DNA from: Selaginella moellendorffii
Lineage: Eukaryota; Plantae; Lycopodiophyta
Assembly: GCF_000143415.4 (NCBI RefSeq)
Contig: NW_003314264.1
Coordinates: 2,861,710-2,925,709 of the forward strand
Length of the DNA stretch: 64,000 bases
Reading direction: 5' to 3'
Position 1 is the stretch's first letter. The number at the start of each line of letters is the position of its first letter. This document shows, piece after piece, positions 12,723-24,829 of the stretch. Both the position numbers and the translations under genes were made by a program. The notes under the pieces are model-generated. The model worked only from the letters and a program-made list of their open reading frames with translations. It made no database searches and was not told where the DNA came from.

Positions 12723-13168
12723 ATGGAGGATTCTCCTCCTCCTCCTCCTCCTCCTCCTTCCCTTGTTGATTCTTCTTCTCTGGCGAAGGCGATGGGGGCC
12801 TTGGCGCTCAACCTCGCCAGCGTCGCGCGCGGGGAGCTCCAGGTGCGTGGAATGCCGGCGGCTAGGAATCGCGAGATTTTGCGAGAGATTTCTTAGGTTT
12901 GTCCTGGCAGGGCGCCGGCACCCACGCGGAGCTGATCGAGAAACTCAATCTCAAGGTGGGCACCGAGTACGACGACTACGCCGATTTCGCGTCGGGGCTG
13001 CTCGTGTTTGTGGAGCGGCTCAAGCAGCAGAACGAGTCGCTGTGCAGCAACCTCAAGGTCATCCAGGAGATCGACGACGAGGTCCGGCACCTGGAAGCCA
13101 TCGTCTCCACGCTCGACGGCTACACTGCCACTCTCGAGACCAAAATTAAAAACGCTTACAACGCTTGA
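12723..13168 (+). CDS. BLOS2: BLOC-1 subunit 2-like, 2 exons
   Basis: Spliced product ...VARGELQ|GAGTHAELIEKLNLKVGTEYDDYADFASGL...LDGYTATLETKIK resembles plant BLOS2; the (CCT)n run encodes poly-Pro. Confidence 0.8.
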
Positions 13169-13513
13169 GAGTTACTTGTAGATCTATGATCTATATCACC
13201 TCCTATCTCCTCTTCTTTCCAGGCTAAAGGTGACTATAAACATGTATATCTATCTATGAAAATCTTGTGGGTAATTCTCATTCTTTCAAAAACGCAATAT
13301 GCTGTTGGAACTTCGTCTGTGATTTAATTTGCAAGTAAATGAAGTTTAGGCATCTTTAATATTTTATTTTATCTCTAGATCCACATTCACTAACTATAAC
13401 ATTCTAAGAATGACATTCACATAATAAATATATATTCATTCATTCATATATTATTTACAAAGTTTTACAATGCCACAATGCCCCACAAAGAGCATAATAT
13501 TGATAATCATACG

Positions 13514-15350
13514 TCATATAGCCTCTTTTTGCTTTAGCAACCCGACAGTTTGCAAATAATACCTGATCCGCTTGGTTAGCCAAATCACGAACGACTCTGA
13601 CACAAGAGACATAACAGCCCAGAAGCCGCCACATAATCCAACAGCTACACCGACCGCAAATGCTTTACCATCTACAAAATCGCCATTCTCATGTTCCTTG
13701 GACGGTGACGATGAATCTTCAGGTCCAACCGTGCATGGCTTGTTCAGAAGACGGCCACACAATCCTGGGTTTCCAGCAAAGGCTGAAATGTCATTGAATG
13801 TGCTGAATTGTGCTGACGTCGGGATCGGTCCAGAAAGGTTGTTGTTGGAGACATTGAAGTATGACAGGGATGTCAAACTGGTGAGCTGGGGAGGAATCTG
13901 ACCGCTGAGCTGATTATCGTAGAGCTGGAGGAGTATGAGGCGAGTTGCATTCGCTAAAGTGGACGGAATGGGGCCGGACAGCATGTTGTCACACAGCCAA
14001 AGGTGTTGAAGGTTTTGCAGCTGTCCAAGCTCGGGTGGTATGGATCCACTTAGCTTGTTCTCGCACAGGTCCATCACCGTGGGGAAGAATTCATAAGAGT
14101 AGGAAAGTATCTTCGCTGCATCACCACCTGAAGGAGATAGATTGTTTTGAAGTTGCACACCGCTAAGGTCGGGATCAAATTGAGGTTTCGTGGGAAACTT
14201 CAGATAATTGAGACTTCCCAGCTGTGGAGGAATGCTTCCAGTGAATCTGTTTCGGTACAGAATAAGGTGCCTGAGATTCGTGAAGTTTCCAAGCCAGGGA
14301 GGTATGGGACCTTTCATCCAATTTGTTGACACTGAGAGATACCTGAGTGAGGCCATGTCCTTCACTGCGTCTGGAAATGGACCGCTAAGCGAGTTGTAGC
14401 CAACATCCAACATCTTCAGTGACGTGAGTCCACTGAAGCTTGGAGGCAGATTACCTGTGAGATTGTTTCCAGTGAGGGCAAGAATCCTGAGGTTGGACAG
14501 GTTGCCTATGCTGCTGGATATTTCACCACTGAGGAAGTTCCTCATAAGAGCCATCTCGCGCAAGAGGGTGCAGTTGGAAATCTCGGGTGGGATAGAACCG
14601 CTGAGCTGATTAGATGCAAGAATCAAATGCTGAAGATTTGTGAGATAGCCAAGCTCAGGCGGTATAGAGCCACTGAGCTGATTAGATGCGAGACTCAAAT
14701 GCTGAAGATTTGTGAGATAGCCAAGCTCAGGCGGTATAGAGCCACTCAAAGCGTTGTCTGCCAGATAAAGTTCCCGGAGTTGGACAAGATTCCAAAGGCC
14801 TGCAAAATGAACTTATGATCAACATAGCCACTGTGCAGAAAATTCCTAGACCTTGAGGAATGGAGCCTGTCAGATTGTTTTGCCCCAGATTAAGGTACTT
14901 GAGCGCCCGGATGGTCGAAATGCTTTGGGGTATGCTTCCAGACAAAGAATTATTGAGCAGATTGAGCACCTGAAGACGGGAGGAGGCATTGTACTGACAG
15001 CCATCAAAGGTGAGGTGTCCACTGAGATTGTTGTTGGAGAAATCTGCAAACTGAAGCGAAGGGAGTCTACACCAAACAGGCCACAACTTTCCGCTCAGAC
15101 CGGCACCCGTCAGGTTCAGCTTGAGCACAAGATCGCTCCGCTTGTTCCAGACAATTCCTCTCCAGGAACTTGGATGCCCTGAATCATTCCAGCTCGATAG
15201 TGCCGCTCGTGTTTGCTCATCCAGTGTATCCTTGAAACAGAGCAGCAATGACTTATCTCCAGATGCTTTTGAACAAACGTGCTCAGGTTTGCAGGATCGG
15301 GGCCACTGCAATGCACTAAGCACCATAACCAGCAACATCAAATGCGCCAT
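13514..15350 (-). CDS. LRR receptor-like protein with island domain, TM helix and short tail (no kinase); 52-bp intron at 14851-14800
   Basis: Signal peptide, LRRNT (LSSWND), plant LxxLxLxxNxLSGxIP repeats, an island before four final LRRs, GNPGLCG, and a GxxxG TM helix. The intron restores the frame (IPQG|LWNL). Confidence 0.85.
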
Positions 15351-16262
15351 TGCAAGAACGGTGGAGTCTATTCTGCTCAAGAAACCGAAACCAACTATAT
15401 ATAGTGAAGGAAGAATTGGACAAACACCTGAAGTTGGAACAGGCAAATTGGATGAATGGAAAATTTGGAACGCATTACAGAGAGCGTCACAGAGAAAGAA
15501 GTTTCCAACATTCACGGGGAAGACAAACAAAATACGCGTTCTTGTATGGAAAATGAGTTCACACTGTCCCGTTAAAAGGAGGCGTGGCGAATTGTCCTAC
15601 CTAAGCACACCATCTCCAGGTTGCGACGGATCAGCTCAAGTCACCATCAACTCCAGCAGTGACTCTTGCTCGCTTTGCCGTCATCTACGGGTGCGCCTCT
15701 ACTCAACTTTCACACGCTAACATCTAAAGATGCGGCAAAGTACCTCACAGCCATGGAACGCAGGGACATCCTAATTGACAAAGTCACCCCTCAAGTAGTA
15801 AGTGTAAACTTAGTGAAAAATTTAGTATGCTGCGGTCACTCTCCAAAAGCTAAACACCACCAGCAAAGGTTGCAAGCCTTACAAGGATCCTGACCGAGCC
15901 GTTGCGAAAGAGGTGGTGGAAATGAATCCGGGCGATGGTGCTTCTTACGCTCCTGAAGCCGAAGTTCTTGCAGCAACCTTGGAGATCAACGATGAGGTCC
16001 GGGGAAACCATGCTCGACCATCTCTGAAAATCTTGGGTGGGTCTGGGATTCTTTCATCGATCTGTAAATTCATGGGCCAAGAATCCGTTCGAGATCGACA
16101 CGCACATCCGTGAGGAGCTTAGGGCTCTTCAGAAGCCACTTAGAAGCAAGCACGCTTCTCCGCGTGGCGCGTCACGACGCGTTTCGTACGCATACCGTAC
16201 GGCGGTCCCGAGCACTATATTGACCCCGCGAGGGAGCTTTCGATAGGTTTCTTGTGAGAGCT

Positions 16263-17917
16263 ATGGGAGCCGGGAGATTGAGCGGCAGCCTGGAAGTGAC
16301 GCTGGTCTCGGCCACGCTGCTACGATCCGAAGGTAAGATCGCATCGATCTCGGGAGTGGAAAGGTTTTGAGATTTTTTCTCTTGTTTTTGCCCCAGAGTC
16401 GCTAGATACTTATGCGACTGTGCGATGTGGAACGCATCAGTCTACTACTCACACCGCCAAAGGTATGCTCGTTTTCTAGCTCCAGAAAGTTTTTAGCTTT
16501 GAGGTTTCTATCCAGATCAGGGAGGTCTCCCTAGCTGGAACAAGGTTTTCAAGTTTAAACTCGATGATGAGAGCGAAGCGGAGACCATTCTTGTGGAGGT
16601 TTTCGGTGTCAAGCCCGAGCTGGATGAGCTCATCGGTCTTGTCAGGTAAGAAAAAGTTTTTCCTTTCTTGTGGTTTCCGACACTTGATTTAAAAACTGAA
16701 ACGCAGGATACCGATCTCCAAGGCCGTTTCATCCGACAGGGAATTGCTCGCATTGACAAAGCCAGGAGGTGGCGAGTCTGGTCAGATCAAAGTTAACTTC
16801 AACTGGATTCCTTCCAAGGTAAGCAATTTTTCTTTCGTCCTTGATCGAGTTTTCATGCCAACTTTCGTGATCTCCACAGGATAGCGAGACCACCAAGGCT
16901 TTCCACCCCAGCGCTCCATATCCAGCAGGAATCGAGACAGCCTTCTCCGACTTGAAACTCTCCAAATCTCAAGAACAGCCTGGAGAAGCTCCATATCCGC
17001 CACCACCATCCTACGCTCCTCCCGCCTACACAGTCGAGTCCCCGCCATACCCTCCAAGCTATCCTCCAGCATCCGGAAAGAAAGCTCCAGACACTCCTTA
17101 CAGCAGAGATCCAATCTATCCCCCGGAAGGCGGATCGATCTCACTCCATCCTCCACCGTACCACGCCAGCGACTATCCTCCGCCACCTCCAGTTCCAGCG
17201 TTTCCATCGCCAACTTACGCTCCACTCACGGAAGAAATAACGAGCCGAGGCCTGGGTGACAAGCAAGACAAAGGCAAGCACGGCTATCCTCCATCCGGCT
17301 ATCCTCCGCAAGATCCTTACGGCTATCCTGGTGGCTATCCTCCCGCTCCCGGTGGCTATCCCCCGGCTCCAGGGGGTTACCCCCCGGCTCCTCACGGTGG
17401 TGGCGGCTATCCCCCGGCCGGGTATCCTCCGGCTCCTCCTCACGGTGGCGCCGCTGGATATCCTCCAGCCGGGTATCCATCGTCCTCGGACTCTCGCATG
17501 GGAGGTAAGAAGTTTGCTGGTTTACCCAAACTTTCATGAAATTAACATTGTATGATCACAGGCCATGGAATAGCTGGAGCTATCGCTGGTGCCGCCGCGA
17601 GTATGCTCGGCGGTGGAGCTCATGGAGCTCACGGCGGGTATGGCTATGGTCAGACTGGTCACACTCCCGGTTATGGTCACGCCCCTGGTTATGGTCACGC
17701 CCCGGGCTATGGACACGCCCCCGCCCCCTATGGGTATGGACACGGCCACGGTAAGCATGGTAAGCATGGTAAGCACGGTAAGCATGGGCACTACGGCGGT
17801 GGATACATGGTTGGCCATGGCGGTGGTCACTATGGTGGTCACCATGGTAAGAAGTTCGGCGGCAAGCACGGGATGTTTGGCAAGCACAAGGGCGGCAAGT
17901 ACGGCAAATGGAAGTAA
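16263..17917 (+). CDS. C2-domain protein with Pro/Tyr-rich region and Gly/His-rich GPRP-type C-terminus
   Basis: Spliced C2 domain (GSLEVTLVSA..LDTYATV..PSWNKVFKF), then GYPP repeats, hydrophobic AGAIAGAAA, and GKHGKHGK..GGKYGKWK*. Confidence 0.8.
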
Positions 17918-18226
17918 AAGTTGCTCGTAGCATTATGCTTAACTCTAATCGTTGTTATTTTACTTTAATAAATGCCATCGTGTAAATATATTATATTTTA
18001 CCCCTTGCTCTCGCGCTGGATTGTGTTTCTACACGCTTGCCGAGGCGACTGCGAGAGAGCGAGCGCGTCCTCCTCGGCGCGCGCCGCGATCTGGGATCCA
18101 CATTCGCGATCGGATGCCAATTCCGCTGGCCGGCCGCTCGTTGTAGGGTAAGATCTGAGCTGCGCGTCTAGGGTTTTAGATTCGGCAGAGAGGGAGAGCA
18201 AGGGGGAGATGGTCCAGCTGGGAGGA

Positions 18227-20475
18227 ATGCGGCGCTGCCTCGCCGCTTGGATCCTGCTCGCGCTCGCCACTGCTGCGAGTGGCTCCCTGCATCGATCGAT
18301 TCTCAGCGCCCGAGATCACACTTATGGCGAGAATGACAAGGTCCCTCTCTACGCGAACAAAGTCGGGCCATTCCACAATCCCAGGTAGGATTGGATGGAT
18401 TTTGGGGATTTTTCTCTCAAGGATTTTTTTCTGTTACTCGCAGTGAGACGTACCAGTATTTCGATCTTCCTTTCTGCGAGCCATCAAATCTCAAGCACAA
18501 GAGTGAAGATTTGGGTGAGGTTCTTGAGGGCGACCGAATGGTGACCACTCGGTATAACATCACTTTCAAGACTGACAAAGAGACGGAAGAGCTTTGCTCT
18601 TTCAAGCTCGAGCCGGAGACGAAACGCAAGTTCCGGAGTGCTATTGAGCAAGACTACTACTTCCAGGTTAGCTTTTTCCCCCTTCTGTTGACGTCTAGTA
18701 CCATTCGCTCACTTTTTTTCTCTGGATTTGGCAGATGTTTTTCGATGATCTCCCCTTATGGGGCTTTGTTGGAAAGCTCCAGACCGACGAGAAAAAGGAG
18801 GAGCGCTACATGCTTTTCACGCATGTCCATTTCGAGATCGCATTTAATGACAATCGGGTGATCGAGGTCACTGTGTCAACCGATCCGGATCACGCCGTGG
18901 ATATCAGCGATGATGAGCCCACCGATGTGAAGTTCACTTACTCCGTGAAATGGAAGAAGACACCGATCACCTTCGACCGAAGGATGGAAAAGTATCAAAA
19001 GTATTCCTTTCTGCCGCAGCATTTGGAGATCCACTGGTTCTCGATTATCAACTCCTGTGTGACAGTGCTTCTATTGACGGGGTTTCTGGCAACGATTCTC
19101 ATGCGCGTCCTGAAGAACGACTTTATCAAGTTTGGATCTTACCTCTTCACTTTGAGCTTTACTAACGCCTCTAGCTTTTCAGGTATACTAAAGAGGATGA
19201 GGAGGATCCAGAGGAAACCGGGTGGAAATATATCCATGGAGACGTTTTCCGGTTTCCAAACCATCCAAAGTAAGAACTTTTCAAGAGATAATTCTCTTGT
19301 CTCATGTGTGTGGCTTGGCAGTATGTTTGCGGCTGTTATTGGAAGTGGAACGCAGCTTCTAGTTCTTGCGTTATGTATCTTTGGCTTGGCGCTGGTGGGA
19401 GTGTTCTATCCGTACAACAGAGGAGCGCTCAACACAGCATGCCTCGTAATTTATGCTCTGACGGCTGGTATTTCTGGGTACGTCTCTGCACACTTGTACC
19501 GTCAAATGGGAGGTGAAGCCTGGGTAAGAATAGTTTCCACTTGACTTCCAGGTGTTTGGTATCTCACTCAACTCTGGACTAAACCTTTCAGGTTCGAAAT
19601 CTCCTGCTCACGGCATCACTTTTTTGCGGTCCTTTGTTTTTGGTATTTTGCTTCAACAACACCGTTGCTATATCATACCGGTCTACGGCTGCACTTCCGT
19701 TTGGAACTATCGTGATCATCTTCATTATCTGGGCGCTCGTCACGTTCCCCTTGACAGTAAGTATACTCGGGCGTCCCGCCTTGCGTTTATTCATCTTTTT
19801 GTTTCCTTGTAAAGGTTCTTGGAGGAATTGCTGGCAAGAACAACAAGAATGAATTTTACGCACCTTGCAGGACCAAAAAGTTCCCGAGAGAGATTCCTGC
19901 GCTTCCGTGGTATCGGAAAACCATCCCTCAGGTGATTGAAACTTCTCTACTTGGTTCCAGTTAGTTGCTCACAACGCACGCTTTGCCGCAGATGTGCATG
20001 GCCGGTTTCCTTCCTTTCAGCGCCATCTATATCGAGTTGTACTATATCTTCGCCAGTGTCTGGGGGCACAAGATCTATACAATTTACAGCATTCTATTCA
20101 TCGTCTTCATCATTCTGATCATCGTGACTGCGTTCATCACCATCGCTCTCACGTATTTCCAGCTCGCAATCGAAGATCACGAATGGTGGTGGAGGTAAGC
20201 TTTTTCTCGTTCTCTCTTTCTGATGGAAGAACTCAAATCAATCGCTCGCTCGCAGGTCGGTCTTTTGTGGTGGATCCACTGGCCTGTTCGTCTACGGCTA
20301 CTGTTACTACTACTACTTTGCGAGATCGGACATGACCGGCCTGATGCAAACTTCCTTCTTCTTCGGCTACATGGCGTGCGTGTGCTATGGTTTCTTTTTG
20401 ATGCTCGGCTCCGTGGGATACAGGGCCTCGCTCCTCTTCGTCCGCCACATCTACAGAGCGATCAAATGCGAATAA
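18227..20475 (+). CDS. Transmembrane 9 superfamily / endomembrane protein 70
   Basis: [14 protein letters not shown]|[47 protein letters not shown]-terminal IKCE* (KxD/E). An alternative in-frame ATG lies at 18209. Confidence 0.93.
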
Positions 20476-21005
20476 AGAAAACCAGAGAGGTGATTGCTCG
20501 GCTGGACTTAAGATCGTTCTTGCATTTTGTTAGAAAGAAAAACTTTTATGGTATCCTAGAAAGCAAACTATAAAGGATATACTTCGAATCGACCAATCGC
20601 GAGCTAGCATTTATCATCCGGGATTTGCGAGAAGCTGTGATATCCATTGGGGGCATTTGCCGGGCGCTAGATTCGATCACCAACTCCTTTGGGTTGCCTA
20701 TTTGGACTTGTTGCGTGGATTGACGATGGAGCTCTTAGAGATTTGTGGAAGTCCTTGGGCGAGGTTGCGCTGCGCTTTCGTCATTGGAGGGGGGCGAATA
20801 TGCTTCCATATCCCTCGCAAAATCCTAAAGTCTGGAACCCTAACAGGGGGCAGAAGGGAAAAAAGGGAGCCGAGCAGTCGAGATTGCGGCTTAGGGCGGG
20901 GCGAGCTCGCTGCTGCGCGCCAGGGTTTGGATCGGCCGCTCCGCGATCGAGGTAGAAATTCTAGAATGCGGTGAAGCTACGGGCTGGGCTGATTGCGCTG
21001 CTGAA

Positions 21006-24000
21006 ATGCGCTCTGATTTGAAGCTGCTGATCGAAATGGACCGGGTGAAGGAGATTCTCACCCACCAGTACTCGTATCCTCACGAGCACTCGCGCCATGC
21101 GATGCTCGCGGTGCTGGCCGGCTGCCTCTTCTTCATTTCCACGGACAATTTCCACACGCTGATTCATCGGTTTGACAACAATATCAAGTGGTGGTCCATC
21201 TATGCGTTCCTGCTGGGATTCTTCTACTTCTTCTCATCGCCTTTTCTCGTCAGGACGATCGAGCCGAGCTACTCGAATTTCAATCGATGGTACTCTTTCT
21301 TGTTAGATTGAAAATTATGATTTTTCTTTCTTTTTGCTTTATCTCAGGTATGTTCTTTGGTTGCTTGTTGCGGCAGTATATCATCTTCCAAGCTTCCAAT
21401 CCATGGGAGTTGACATTCGGATGAACTTATCCCTCTTCCTTACGTTATTTATGGCATCGGTGCTCATCCTCGTCCTCTTTCATATCAGCTATCTGGGATT
21501 GTGGTATCTGGGCCTTGTTGCTCGTCTTGCTGGAAATCGCCCGGAGATCCTCACAATTTTGCAGAACAGCACGGTTTGTTTCTCCTTTAGTTTCCATTTT
21601 AAAATTCCTTCTCACTTGTTTTTTCCGTCGTCTCTTCTTTTTGTAGGTGCTGAGTATTGCATGCTGCGTTTTCTACAGTCACTGTGGAAATCGTGGGCCT
21701 AAAGGTAAACCTTTGGGAAGGCAACTGTCGTCCACGGTGCTGTTCGAGAACTTATTACACTCGAATCTAACAAAATGGATAAACAACTGGCCTCCAATGC
21801 ACGAAGTAAAAGAACAAGTGTGTCACAACTGGCTTGGTCCGGTTGGGTCGGCGGCCGACTATCCCGTTTTCTCAAAGTGGGTTGTTTATGGCGAGGTATG
21901 AAGTGCTAATTGCAATATGTCGGTGGGATATGATTAACAGCCTCGTGATTTCTAGATGGTTTGTCATGATGCTTGCGTTAAAACATCGGAAAACATTTCT
22001 CCCATATTTTCCTTATGGGCGACATTTATCGGACTCTACATTGCGAACTATATCGTTGAACGCTCCACGGGGTGAGTGGAGACTTTCACCATGTAAACTG
22101 AGTAACAAAACCCTTTTGTGCAGGTGGGCCTTGACACATCCTCAGCCGTCCGGTGCACGACGACGAAAAATTGTTACGGCTCCAGAGTTTCTCGATATGG
22201 TTCCATGGTACTCAGGGTACAGTGAAAGAACCTTGAGGACGCTGATTTCCTGACGCTGGTTCTAACTTTTGCAGAACGTCAGCCGACCTGTTTAAAACAG
22301 CGTTTGATCTTGTGATATCTGTGACGCTGTTTCTTGGTCGATTCGATTTACGCACTATGCAGGTAACGTTCTTTTCTTAGTTTGTTCTTTTGTATCTAAT
22401 ATGCTTTGGCTCCAGGCTGCCATTAGTAAAGCACAACAAACTGAAAAGGACGGGTTCCTATATACACATTTTCATAAAAAAGAAGAAATGTGGTTCGATT
22501 TTATGGCTGATACTGGAGACGGGGGTAACTCTACATATACTGTAGCCCGTCTTCTCGCTCAACCATTTCTCAAAGTTAATGTTGGCGGCCGAGAAACTGT
22601 TCTCCAGCGTAGTAGTTTACTTCTTCTTGGAGGCGATCTTGCGTAAGCTTCAATATTGTTCTCATGCATCAAACAGATTGTTTTGCCTTCTATGTTTTGC
22701 AGCTATCCAAATCCTTCTCCAACGTCTTATGAGCAACGTCTTTTTCGACCATTTGAATATGCAATGCAGCCCCCAAAGTTTTACAGGCCGGAGCATATCG
22801 CTGCTACGAAACCAGAGCTTCCTGATAATGTGGAGAAGCTTCAAGCTTATGTTGGTCCTCAGTGTTTTGCAATTCCAGGAAATCACGGTTGGTGCTTACT
22901 ATTCAGTTCACTTGCAGTTCTTCTTATACATGTATTTTCGTTTCAGATTGGTTTGATGGACTCGAAACATTTATGCGATACATATGTCACAAAAGCTGGC
23001 TTGGAGGCTGGTTACTGCCTCAAGAGAAGAGCTACTTTGCCTTGCAGCTGCCACACGGATGGTGGGTGTTCGGTCTGGACCAAGCTTTACATGGAGACAT
23101 AGACTTATTCCAGTTTAAATATTTTTCCGAGATTGCTAAAGAGCAGGTACTTATCCTTGAATCAATTACCTAGGTGTGTTAAGGTGTTTCTAATGGCACA
23201 GGTGGGATCAAAGGACTCGGTGATTATTATTACTCATGAACCGACCTGGTTACTAGATTGGTACTGGGAAGGGTCAACAGGAAACAATGTTTCTCATCTA
23301 ATCAAGGATCATCTGAAAGGCCGCTGTCGTCTACGCTTATCGGGTGATCTACATTTTTATATGCGTCACACGGCAGGCCCAGCAGCCGAGAATCCAGCCA
23401 GTGTGCAGCATTTGATAGTGAATGGCTGTGGCGGAGCTTTTCTTCACCCAACTCACGTCTTCACAAAGTTTTCTCAGTTTGAAGGCACAACGTACCAAAA
23501 CAAAGCCTCGTACCCTTTGCCTGTAGACTCCAGAAAGGTATCCCGTTTTGGTGCTTTTCTTAATTTGTTTCTCCTTTCTGACTCGTGCTCTTTTCAGATT
23601 GCATTGGGAAACATTCTGAAGTTTCGAAAGAAAAACTGGAGATTTGATATCATTGGAGGAGTTTTGTATTTCGTCCTCGTTTTTTCCATGTTTCCTCAGG
23701 TACTCTGCAGTCCTAAATTCTGCCGGATTCGATTCATCAATTCTATTTCTCTTTTATTTCCTGCAGTGCGATCTGGATAAATTTTTTCAGAAAAACACAT
23801 TCTTTGGACATACTCGGCAGTTCTTCAATACAGTTGGACAGGTAATATACTTTCTACTAGAGGATTCATATGTTTCGCTGGGGGGACTATTTGGGATGCT
23901 TATTCTAGCGGTGCTCTTTGTCCCTGGAAAAGTTTCTCGCAAGAAGAAATTTCTTATAGGATTCCTACACTGCTGTGTACATTTAATCGTTGCGATCGGC

Positions 24001-24829
24001 CTCCTGCTTCTGTTGGAGCTTGGGATCGAGACTTGCGTTCGACATGGTCTGCTGGGCAATGCAGGTACGTCGATTTCTTTTCTCTTCTTTTTATGTTTCC
24101 ATTGTAATCTGAACACCGGTTTCTTTTGTTGGATTCGTAGGCTACCATACCTTGTACGAGTGGTATCGATCAGTTGAAAACGAGCATTTTCCTGACCCTA
24201 CGGGTTTACGTGCTCGTATGGAGCGTTGGACTTTGGGCTTGTATCCCGCGTGCTTAAAGTATTTGATGTCAGCTTTTGATGTTCCAGAGGTAAGGAAAAA
24301 CATTCCGTTTGCAGTGGCGGTTTCTGAACTGGATTGTGCAGGTGATGGCTGTGACAAGAAGTAATATTTGCAGGACAGGATTGGATTCTATGTCCCGAGG
24401 CTTCAAACTCATCTATTACTCCTCGGTCTTCCTCTACTTCTGGGTTTTCTCTACGCCGGTGGTATCGTTTATCTTTGGAAGCTACTTATATACTTGCATC
24501 AACTGGCTGAACTTACACTTTGACGAGGCGTTCTCGTCATTGCGCATTGCAAACTACAAATCTTTTCTGCGGTGCCATGTGACAAAGACCGGCGATTTGG
24601 AAGTCTACACCCTTGCAGTTGACAAGGTAAACAAGCTTCATACTTTCTGGTGACATCACCTTTCATGCAGGTTCCAAAGGAGTGGATGTTGGATCCACTC
24701 TGGGACGAGGAGCAATCAGTGTCTCCCTCTTACAGCAGGAAGTATCCGAGTCAGTGGATACCTCTTCCACCTTACAGGGATGCCAATTGCAACGTCCGGG
24801 TGATCGACCACTTTGTTGTAAGCAAGTAA
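21006..24829 (+). CDS. Membrane-anchored calcineurin-like metallophosphoesterase family protein, many exons
   Basis: YPHEHSRHA N-terminus, TM segments, and MPE motifs WFDFMADTGDGG, GGDLAYP, IPGNH|DW, THEP, GDLHFY, GCGGAFLHPTH. Confidence 0.88.

Noticed and set aside
15560-16250. Short ORFs including the PPR E-domain-like EMNPGDGASY
   Set aside because: Only a single weak motif and no coherent exon chain.
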